From Promethearchaeota archaeon (GTDB taxonomy: Archaea > Asgardarchaeota > Lokiarchaeia > Sigyniarchaeales > SOKP01), in contig JBHLNZ010000001.1 of NCBI GenBank assembly GCA_048941015.1, positions 64,001 through 128,000 on the forward strand: DNA of 64,000 nt, read 5' to 3'. How positions within the stretch are numbered: the stretch's first letter is position 1; the number at the start of each line of letters is the position of its first letter. A model generated the notes under the pieces. The model searched no databases and was not told where the DNA came from. It saw only the letters and a program-made list of their open reading frames with translations. The position numbers were made by a program, and so were the translations under genes. Shown here piece by piece: positions 42,314 through 50,498 of this stretch.

Positions 42314-42814
42314 TTGATGTATATGAAAATAGATGAGGACTTTGTATTCCCAGTGTATATCTATGAAGATACCTTAAATGATATGAGGGATTTGTGTAAA
42401 AAGAACGAAAATGAGATTTTTGGATATCTTATAGGATTAATCTGCAGATGGAACAATAATTTTTATATAATTATCGAAGAGAAATTATTCATTGAAGGCA
42501 CATTCTATAGTCATAAATTATCTACGTCACAAATTGAGGGTACGGCAGGGAAATATGAGAGAGAGTTCCAAAAGTTAAAAAAAAATAAAAATATGAAAAA
42601 TTTACGTGTTGTGGGATGGTGGCATTCTCATCCTGATCTGGGATGTTTTCTTTCATTTACTGATCTACATACCCAAAAAGTTTTTTTTCCTGAGTCATAT
42701 CAAGTTGCTTTAGTTATAGATCCTGTGAAAGTTGATTATGAATTTTTCACTTTGGATAAAAATACAAAGAAGAAATATATTATTGTGAATCATGCAGTTA
42801 TTTCACGGACTTGA
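42314..42814 (+). CDS. JAB/MPN+ metallo-isopeptidase (Rpn11/CSN5-like)
   Basis: EIFGYLIG and VVGWWHSHPDLGCFLSFTD JAMM motif, ALVIDP. Confidence 0.95.
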   Translation: MMYMKIDEDFVFPVYIYEDTLNDMRDLCKKNENEIFGYLIGLICRWNNNFYIIIEEKLFIEGTFYSHKLSTSQIEGTAGKYEREFQKLKKNKNMKNLRVVGWWHSHPDLGCFLSFTDLHTQKVFFPESYQVALVIDPVKVDYEFFTLDKNTKKKYIIVNHAVISRT

Positions 42815-42858
42815 CATATCTATTGTTTGAATAATTAACTTAAGAGGTAAATAAAAAA

Positions 42859-43770
42859 ATGTCGGATAAAGATAAGCAAGAGATCATTTTTCTTGGGTCA
42901 GAATCTTTTAATTCAGACAAATACGATCGACAAAAGCGAATTAAAGGATGGGATCAAGAAAAAATTTCAAACGCTACTGTTATGATCATTGGAGCCGGAG
43001 CGACGGGAAATGAGTTAGTAAAAAATTTAGTTTTAACTGGGGTTGGAAAAATCTACTTGATTGACTATGATATTATAGAACGTTCTAATTTAAACCGTTG
43101 TATATTATTTAGTATTAAAATGAATAATGAACCGGAATACAAAGTTGATTTAATAAAAAAAGTATGTGAAAGTTTAAATCCCGGAGTAGAAATAGTTGCG
43201 ATAAAGAAAGAGTTAAACTCAATAGACCGGAATCTCTACAAACAGTCTGATATCATATGTTCTTGTTTAGATAATATTGAAGCTCGAATTGAAGCAAATA
43301 ATTACGCATATTACTATAAAACACCATTCATAGACTCTGGGATAGATGGTTATTTTGGAACAGTTCAAGCGGTTTATTCTGAAATTAAAGAGGCTCCTTG
43401 TCTACAATGTGGGATTACAAATGTTGATTTAGATTTAATGTGGAATAAATTCTCATGTACTGGTCAGGAAATCGACCCTAAAAACGGTGAAACATCCAGA
43501 AAAATAGCTACCATCATTACAACTACAGCAATCATTGGGGGTATCCAATCTCAACAGGTCTTAAAGTTTATTTTAGGGATTGATTATTTCAAGTCTAATA
43601 AAAAGTGGGACAGTCAAATAGGCGAACCTTTGATCGGTAAACAACTAAATTATAATGGTCTTACTAATAAATTTAATATTATTAAGAAGGTAAAAGATCC
43701 TGATTGTTGGACATGTTCATATCAAAATAAAAATAAAAATAGTTCAAATTTAAATAATACAAAAACATGA
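42859..43770 (+). CDS. Ubiquitin-like activating enzyme E1 (ThiF/UBA family)
   Basis: YDRQ, IIGAGATGNE, ERSNLNR, CLDNIEAR, CLQC and CWTC Zn ligands, putative catalytic Cys in FSCTG. Confidence 0.92.
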   Translation: MSDKDKQEIIFLGSESFNSDKYDRQKRIKGWDQEKISNATVMIIGAGATGNELVKNLVLTGVGKIYLIDYDIIERSNLNRCILFSIKMNNEPEYKVDLIKKVCESLNPGVEIVAIKKELNSIDRNLYKQSDIICSCLDNIEARIEANNYAYYYKTPFIDSGIDGYFGTVQAVYSEIKEAPCLQCGITNVDLDLMWNKFSCTGQEIDPKNGETSRKIATIITTTAIIGGIQSQQVLKFILGIDYFKSNKKWDSQIGEPLIGKQLNYNGLTNKFNIIKKVKDPDCWTCSYQNKNKNSSNLNNTKT

Positions 43771-43782
43771 ATATGATTAACA

Positions 43783-44346
43783 ATGCCTGAATTGCCGTTT
43801 GAAATTTGGAAAGATCGAATAAAAAATGAGATTAAAAGCCTGAAAGATCTGAATGTTATTGAAAAAGATTCAATAAAATGGCAAGAGAATAATGTAGAGC
43901 TTATAATTCATTTAAATTCATTAGCTTTTATACGAGGCAATCCAGGAAGCTCTCAGAGTTTAACACCAATAAGATCTCATCGTATTTTATTTAAAATAAA
44001 TAGATCTTTTCCATATCCGGGAGGTATTGACTTTGCTTGGTATTCAAATATATTTCATCCGAATATTCACCCCGTTGAATTATTAAATGTTCAAACAAGA
44101 GGTACGGGATATATTTGTCTAAATGTTTTGAAACAATGGTCAAGACTGTCAGATTTAGTAACTACCGTAAAAGCATTAGAAAAGTTAGTGGAAAATCCGA
44201 ATCCAGATGATCCTCTTAATTATGATATCTGCTTAGATGCTGCCAATTTTTTTAAAACGAATAATTATGATATCTTGAAAAAAAGATATATTTGTGAAGA
44301 GAAAGAGGAAAAAGAAGATGAGGATATAATTATAATTGATGATTGA
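43783..44346 (+). CDS. Ubiquitin-conjugating enzyme E2 (UBC fold)
   Basis: FPYP, IFHPNI, GYICLNVLKQWS (catalytic Cys), NPNPDDPLN. Confidence 0.93.
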   Translation: MPELPFEIWKDRIKNEIKSLKDLNVIEKDSIKWQENNVELIIHLNSLAFIRGNPGSSQSLTPIRSHRILFKINRSFPYPGGIDFAWYSNIFHPNIHPVELLNVQTRGTGYICLNVLKQWSRLSDLVTTVKALEKLVENPNPDDPLNYDICLDAANFFKTNNYDILKKRYICEEKEEKEDEDIIIIDD

Positions 44347-44359
44347 ATTTAAAAAATGT

Positions 44360-44620
44360 TTAAAAAAATCCACCTATAACTCTAGCCCATAAAGCTAATT
44401 TGTCATCTTCTTTTAATCCAAATTTATGGACTGCATCTTTGATAGTTATTGAATTTGGTAATTCTCTTTCATTAAGAACTAGTGTGTATGAACGTTGCTC
44501 CACATTTATAATTCCCATGTGTTTTATCACGATATCAATGATTCTCTCAATTTGGTGATGTTCTTTAACATCTAATTTAATTATTTTTCCCGTTCTAGTA
44601 TCTTCTACTGAGATTTTCAT
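44360..44620 (-). CDS. Ubiquitin-like protein precursor (ends RVIGG-FF)
   Basis: 86 aa; beta-grasp-like pattern MKISVE..TGKIIKLDV...GLKEDDKLAL; di-Gly followed by two residues. Confidence 0.88.
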   Translation of the reverse strand: MKISVEDTRTGKIIKLDVKEHHQIERIIDIVIKHMGIINVEQRSYTLVLNERELPNSITIKDAVHKFGLKEDDKLALWARVIGGFF

Positions 44621-44718
44621 TAATTACAGACCTTTCTATCTTTAAATGAATTTCAAAATCTATATTGATATATTAAACTTTTTAATAATTTTAATCTATT
44701 TGTTCTTAAAATTTTTTA

Positions 44719-45675
44719 TTATCTTAATTTTTTAAGAATTAATTGATATAGTTGCTCTACAGTCTTATCAATATCATTTTTATCAAAAGTAACACCAAGT
44801 TTAGTTGAAACTAATGTAGGGATGTCTTTTTCATCTTTGAAAATAGGAATTATTGGTTTTTTAATTTTCAATGCTGATTTCCATTCTAATTGAACCTGTT
44901 CAGACTTTTTAGCTTTTTTTGAACAAAAAAGTAAGAAGGCATCACAGATATCTAGATTTCTATTCATATAGTCATAAATATCATCCTTTAAATCTTCTTC
45001 CCAATAAAAAACTTTCTTAATCTCAGAATGTTGTTGAAGTTTTTCTGCAATATTATTTATTTCAAAAAAATCCGAGTCAAGGGTGCTATAACTAACAAAT
45101 ATTAATATGTCATTACTTTTAACAGCTGGTTGCTCTTTTAATACTACTTTTTCTTCATCTATCTTAACTTTTAGACTTTCATCTAATATCTCCTTTATAA
45201 TAGGAATAATCTTTTTTTTTGAATCCTTTTGAATTGATGAAATTCCATATGTTTTTACTCCAAAAATCTCCTCAATTTTTTTAGGTTCAATAGCAGTTTT
45301 TTCTTCATCTTGAAAATTCGCGAGAATATAAATTTTCGGAACACTTACTTTTGTTTTAAGTTCTGTAAGCAGCTTTTTAGTTCTAGCAATATTACTTGCG
45401 GCTGAATTAGTTACAATTAAAAAGATGTTAACAGACTTCAATATTTCTTTATATAATCTTGATTTTTTTAGCAATTCATCTAAATCAAACTTTTTAATAT
45501 TACACTTAATTATACCATCTGAACTACTGATTTCAACAGATTTATTTATAATCTCATTTAGATCATCATCTAATTCAATTAATATCTCACCGGGCAACAG
45601 GTTTAGTATAGTGGTCTTCCCTACACCCTTCTCTCCCGTTAGTAAGACGTTAGGAAGATTTATCTCTATCACCAA
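44719..45675 (-). CDS. Degenerate small GTPase fused to a C-terminal TIR domain
   Basis: GEKGVGKTT, NFQD; TIR motifs IFVSYS, FYWEED, DAFLLFCS...SEQVQLEW, PIIPIF. Confidence 0.85.
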   Translation of the reverse strand: MVIEINLPNVLLTGEKGVGKTTILNLLPGEILIELDDDLNEIINKSVEISSSDGIIKCNIKKFDLDELLKKSRLYKEILKSVNIFLIVTNSAASNIARTKKLLTELKTKVSVPKIYILANFQDEEKTAIEPKKIEEIFGVKTYGISSIQKDSKKKIIPIIKEILDESLKVKIDEEKVVLKEQPAVKSNDILIFVSYSTLDSDFFEINNIAEKLQQHSEIKKVFYWEEDLKDDIYDYMNRNLDICDAFLLFCSKKAKKSEQVQLEWKSALKIKKPIIPIFKDEKDIPTLVSTKLGVTFDKNDIDKTVEQLYQLILKKLR

Positions 45676-45883
45676 ATTAACGAATTAATAATGAAAAACA
45701 TATGATTCTTTGATTTATCTAAACTAATAAATCTGTTTTAATTAATAAAATGGATGAGTTTTATATTTAAGAGTTTCTATACTCGCATATCAACGTTTAA
45801 ATTCTATCTCTATTTACTATGGTTTAATCATTAGACTTTTGTGTAAAGATTTAAATATCAATAAGGAATAATAGTTAATCATT

Positions 45884-46534
45884 ATGGGTTCAAAAGGAAT
45901 CATTTGGGTAAAAAATTATCATGGGAGGCAACGTGATTTAAAGAAAGCTTCTAAAGATGCACAAGGATTTTATGATGTCTTGATTGGTGAACGTAGTTTT
46001 GAATACGCTAATGATTTAGCATGTGATCAAGATTTACAATCGGGTGGCCAAGCTGATGATATTGCTGATATCATATTTTTCACGGGTCACGGTCGTCCTG
46101 ATGCTCTCATATTTGGAATAGATAATAAAGATAATGGAGAAGCTCATTTTAGTGATATTAAATTAGGAAGTAAAACAAAATGGGTCGTATTTAATGCATG
46201 TAATGTTTTAACTTCTGAGAGTTACTCAAATTGGAAAGGAATTTTCGAAGGCTTACATATGATCCTAGGATTTAACACATATTGTCGTATTTCAGGTGAG
46301 CGTGGTAAAAAATTTGCTGAACTTTTAAATCAAGAAAAGAAATTAATTGAAGCATGGAAGATAGCTTGTGAAGAAACTGAAAGAGAAGAAGTTGAATGGT
46401 CATGTTTATTTGCTATGTCAGAAAGAGGTAATACTGCAAATGATTATTGGAACGAAAATAGAAACCCTATTAAGGATTCTATTAAACAACAGGAAAGAGG
46501 ATATGACATTATATATTATAGTGATTCATGTTGA
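45884..46534 (+). CDS. DUF6345-like protein, putative clan CD (caspase/gingipain-fold) cysteine peptidase
   Basis: DIIFFTGHG and WVVFNACNVL His/Cys motifs, GLHMILGF. Confidence 0.65.
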   Translation: MGSKGIIWVKNYHGRQRDLKKASKDAQGFYDVLIGERSFEYANDLACDQDLQSGGQADDIADIIFFTGHGRPDALIFGIDNKDNGEAHFSDIKLGSKTKWVVFNACNVLTSESYSNWKGIFEGLHMILGFNTYCRISGERGKKFAELLNQEKKLIEAWKIACEETEREEVEWSCLFAMSERGNTANDYWNENRNPIKDSIKQQERGYDIIYYSDSC

Positions 46535-46554
46535 TTAATATAGGAGGAATATGA

Positions 46555-47415
46555 ATGAATAATCTATTTAAAGAACCTGATGGTATTCCAAATGAGATAG
46601 GCAGCGTTCCTATATATAAAACGACAAATACTTTTGATAAGCAAAAGGATTTAAATAAAAGGATTAAAAATTATGCTAGTATGTTCAATATGAAAACTAA
46701 GTTCATAGATTATGGTGAGAGGCTATTGTTAAAAAACAATAAATTTAATCTTTTTGTATATAAACAAAGTGACTCCATTTTACTATTTACTCAAGACTTT
46801 AATATCAATTATCCTAAAAAGAAAATAAATTTACCAACGAAAGAAGAAGCTAGCCAAATTGCTATAAGTTATCTTAAGGAATTGAAATTAACTAATGAAT
46901 ATGCAGAAATTACAACTGTGAAGTACACTAAAGTAGCTAGTTTAAAATCTGGGCTAGAATCTCCTAGTTTAATAGCAATAAATATAATTTTTAGTTTTAA
47001 TATAGACCATATTCCTGTTATGGGCCCAGGTGCAAAAATAAAGGTAACAATTATTCAAGATGGAAAAGTAAATGGTTTAGTATATTTTTGGAGGGATATT
47101 AGCAAGGAAGATGATACTATTGGAGTAATTAGTCCAAAAGAGGCTTTAAAAAGGTTCAAAGCAGATAAAAGCTTCAATCAACTCAATCCAGAAACAGATT
47201 CTGTAATTATTAAAAATATTCAATTTGGATATTATTCATTGAGCCCAACTGATTATCAAAGATATCTAATTCCTGTATATGCTTTAAAAGGTTTAGTAGA
47301 AACGAAGTATGCAAATTATAATTTCGTAGATTATATTGTAGCAGCCAAAATATCTCCTCTTAAAATCAAAACTTTAAGAGTCGTAGATAATCCTTTCCCC
47401 TGTTTTATAATTTGA
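46555..47415 (+). CDS. Hypothetical protein, likely co-transcribed partner of the DUF6345-like peptidase
   Basis: AGGAGG SD; 20 bp gap; IPVMGPGAKIKV..WR, ISPKEAL, FGYY, LIPVY. Confidence 0.65.
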   Translation: MNNLFKEPDGIPNEIGSVPIYKTTNTFDKQKDLNKRIKNYASMFNMKTKFIDYGERLLLKNNKFNLFVYKQSDSILLFTQDFNINYPKKKINLPTKEEASQIAISYLKELKLTNEYAEITTVKYTKVASLKSGLESPSLIAINIIFSFNIDHIPVMGPGAKIKVTIIQDGKVNGLVYFWRDISKEDDTIGVISPKEALKRFKADKSFNQLNPETDSVIIKNIQFGYYSLSPTDYQRYLIPVYALKGLVETKYANYNFVDYIVAAKISPLKIKTLRVVDNPFPCFII

Positions 47416-47427
47416 TTAGAAAATAAC

Positions 47428-48495
47428 TTAATTAATTTTTTTACCTGTAATTTTAATCTCGTCTTTTTTCATTTTATATGGTTTAGTTGGTTTTGTTTCA
47501 TCAAATGGTTCATTACACACCCAACAAGCATTCTCTAAATTTGCCAATCTGGTAGAACAATTTACACAATAAAGAGCATTACAATTTGGACAAATATAAC
47601 TCATTCTTAGCACTTTTCCTTTACATACTAAGCAAATCTTCTTTTCTCTATGGAATATAACTTCTTCCTCTGAGATTTGCATTGGTCTTTCGTAAAATCT
47701 AAACATTGAATCTTTTACTTTTACCTCTTTTACAGTACGGATTTTGATTTCGGCTTCTTCCCTTAAACCGAGATAAAAGAAACAAAAACTAGTAGCCATG
47801 CCTACTCTCCCTATAATAAGATCAAGAATTAGTGGCCATAAAACTAAACCTGGAATGATATATCGTAATAACGATAAAGTTGGAGCTGCGGGGAATAAAA
47901 AATATCCAATGGCAAGGGTAAGAAACTTTTTTTTTAATACTCCTTTTGATTTTATACTTTTAATTAAATATCCTACTCCACAAAATATTATTCCTGAAAG
48001 CTGAAATACGTATATCAGAATCATAGCTATAGAATTAGCTTTGATTCCAACAACAATTATATTTTCACCTGAAGTTAACTCAAGATTACGAACATAAAAA
48101 CTTTGTAAAGGGGTAAGAATTATAATAATTTCAAAAACTATACTTAGAATCAGGAATGAAAAGAAGAGATATTTGGTTTTATTTGGAGTCATTAGCTCAG
48201 ATCCAATATAAATTGAAATAGAAATTACAAAAGGAGTAGTTATAAAACTTAAAATACCCATTAAAATCCAATTATCAATAGTAATAAAATTTCTACTTGT
48301 AAAGAGAATTCCAATAAAATCAAAAAAAGGTACTAACCAGAGAAAACTAGCTAAAAAAATATTAAACCCCATATATAACAAGAGTTTAGCGTTTGATTTT
48401 CTTGCTTGATATACAATTCCTAAGCCGAGTATTAAGGCAAATATAAAACAGAAGGTTGCTGTTAACCCATTAATCCAACCTTCAAATGAGAGCAT
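47428..48495 (-). CDS. 7-TM membrane protein with C-terminal C4C4 RING-like zinc finger
   Basis: Seven hydrophobic segments; CLVC-x10-CPNC-x4-CVNC-x10-CWVC. Confidence 0.75.
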   Translation of the reverse strand: MLSFEGWINGLTATFCFIFALILGLGIVYQARKSNAKLLLYMGFNIFLASFLWLVPFFDFIGILFTSRNFITIDNWILMGILSFITTPFVISISIYIGSELMTPNKTKYLFFSFLILSIVFEIIIILTPLQSFYVRNLELTSGENIIVVGIKANSIAMILIYVFQLSGIIFCGVGYLIKSIKSKGVLKKKFLTLAIGYFLFPAAPTLSLLRYIIPGLVLWPLILDLIIGRVGMATSFCFFYLGLREEAEIKIRTVKEVKVKDSMFRFYERPMQISEEEVIFHREKKICLVCKGKVLRMSYICPNCNALYCVNCSTRLANLENACWVCNEPFDETKPTKPYKMKKDEIKITGKKIN

Positions 48496-48616
48496 TTTAA
48501 AAGGTCTCCAATAATAATTTATCCTTATTTACTTTCTTTTTTATATTAATACTAGTTTATCTATTATTAAAAATTGAACTTTGAATTCATTTTAAAATAT
48601 AATTAAAAAAAAAATG

Positions 48617-48886
48617 TTATAATACTATATAATTAAAAGTTAAAATTGCCAGTGAAACACTTATTAGAATAATTAATATAGGTGCACACCCTCCATCGTC
48701 ACCTCTCGACCAAAGATCCCAAAGAAGTACAGCAACTAATACTGCTAATATAAAAATTAGAATCCATAGAACAATTGCGATTATAAGTAAGTCAATAAAG
48801 TAATATACAGAAGCTAATAGCGCTAAAATAAGTATTGTTAACGCTGAACCAGCTATCATCATCTTTTGAGCCCAAGATAAACTCAT
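48617..48886 (-). CDS. Small three-TM membrane protein
   Basis: Hydrophobic 89 aa; AAGGAGAG upstream. Confidence 0.65.
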   Translation of the reverse strand: MSLSWAQKMMIAGSALTILILALLASVYYFIDLLIIAIVLWILIFILAVLVAVLLWDLWSRGDDGGCAPILIILISVSLAILTFNYIVL

Positions 48887-49146
48887 AATTACAAACTCTC
48901 CTTTAAAATAATTTAATAAACTATTTTTTAATAAATTAGATTTGCGATTTCTTTTTTATTAATATTTATACTATTTAATTTTTTAATATAAAAATCTATA
49001 CATTGATGTCTGAAAGAACGATCGATTATGAGTATAAAAACATTTTTTGTTCGAAAAAATCAAATAATCTCTAAATTTAATAGCTAATCTAATAATTGTG
49101 TTTGATAATTTTTGATATTAAAAATCTGTGTTTTATGTTTTATCGT

Positions 49147-49947
49147 TTAAAAATACATTCTTATTGCTAATCCCATCAAAACAATTGCTACGAAAAATTG
49201 TAAATATATTTTGGGCATTCTATTTGAAATTTTAGCACCAAAGATTGAACCACAAATCGAACCAATAGCCACGAATATACCAATTAGATAATCAATTTGT
49301 CCTAAGATACTTTTCATTATGGTGTTATAAATAGCCGTGAAAAATATCATTGAAGTGGATATTGCTGTAGCATTATGAATGGGGTAATGTAAAATAATAT
49401 TGAGTGCTGGTGTAAAAATTATCCCCCCTCCCAAACCCAAAAAGTTAGCTACAAAACCAGCTAATATAAATAGTGGAATAGACTTTTTTAAATTGGTATT
49501 ATAATCATGATCATTTAAAGAAAAGACTATATCATTTTCATTATGATTTTTACGATTGTTTGTTGTTTTAACTGCTTTGTAAACCATATTCAATCCTGCG
49601 ACAAGTAAGGCAGACGCAAAAACAACCTTCAAAATATAATTATTAACATGAATAAATAGAAATAATATACTTGCTATAATACTTCCCAGAATTGAAAATA
49701 TAGTAAATAACAATGTTAACTTTATCTGAGTACGCTTTTGTCTTAAATATGTTATGAATCCGGCTAATGAAGACAATAAAATTATGAAAGTAGATGTATC
49801 AATTGCTATATCAATTGGAATGAAAAGTAGGAGGGTTAAAGTAGAAACAAAAAAAACACCGCCACCAACTCCAGCAATAACGGCGATTGTTCCAGATAAA
49901 AAACCCAATAGAATTAATAGAAGTATAACAATAAAAGAAAATTCCAT
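49147..49947 (-). CDS. Sulfite exporter TauE/SafE family
   Basis: GVGGG and GLGGG repeats, ATAISTS. Confidence 0.9.
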   Translation of the reverse strand: MEFSFIVILLLILLGFLSGTIAVIAGVGGGVFFVSTLTLLLFIPIDIAIDTSTFIILLSSLAGFITYLRQKRTQIKLTLLFTIFSILGSIIASILFLFIHVNNYILKVVFASALLVAGLNMVYKAVKTTNNRKNHNENDIVFSLNDHDYNTNLKKSIPLFILAGFVANFLGLGGGIIFTPALNIILHYPIHNATAISTSMIFFTAIYNTIMKSILGQIDYLIGIFVAIGSICGSIFGAKISNRMPKIYLQFFVAIVLMGLAIRMYF

Positions 49948-50082
49948 ATTCAGAAAAAGAACTTATATTTCATAAATATTCTTAAAAACAGCATCTTTTA
50001 AAAAAAAATCAAAAATTAAATTATTAAAAAGTTATTAAATTAGTAATTATACTAAATAAAATTTTAATTTTAAAGACCAGAT

Positions 50083-50475
50083 ATGCCCGATTCTGATAAT
50101 AATAAATTAATACTTGAACTTGTTCCTTGTTCAAAATGTGGAAATCCTTTTATGGTTAAAAAAGGTCAAAAAGAGTCGGGACATTTAGTTTGTGATAACT
50201 GTATCAAATTAGAACAACGAAAAAACCAACTTACCAATTCAGTTATCGAATCACAAAGAAAAATTGAATCATCAATTAAAGATTATAAGAATCAACTAAG
50301 ATTAGCAAAATCTCAGCAAATAAAGCAGTTATATTTTGATAAGATTAAAAAAAATTCTGATGTTTTATCAAGATCTATTGAACTTCTAAAAAAGATTGAA
50401 GAAACTAATGATGAGAAGTATATTGAAGAATATAAGAGATTATTTGATAAAATGAAAGAAGAATATTCTTCATAA
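50083..50475 (+). CDS. Zinc-ribbon plus coiled-coil protein
   Basis: CSKC...CDNC followed by heptad-rich helices. Confidence 0.7.
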   Translation: MPDSDNNKLILELVPCSKCGNPFMVKKGQKESGHLVCDNCIKLEQRKNQLTNSVIESQRKIESSIKDYKNQLRLAKSQQIKQLYFDKIKKNSDVLSRSIELLKKIEETNDEKYIEEYKRLFDKMKEEYSS

Positions 50476-50498
50476 ACAGCATTTCGATTTAAAAAAAG

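Noticed and set aside
42859-44620. ThiF/MoeB plus ThiS/MoaD sulfur-carrier interpretation
   Set aside because: An adjacent E2 with HPN and a catalytic Cys, and the absence of thiamine, molybdopterin or tRNA-thiolation genes, favour protein conjugation.
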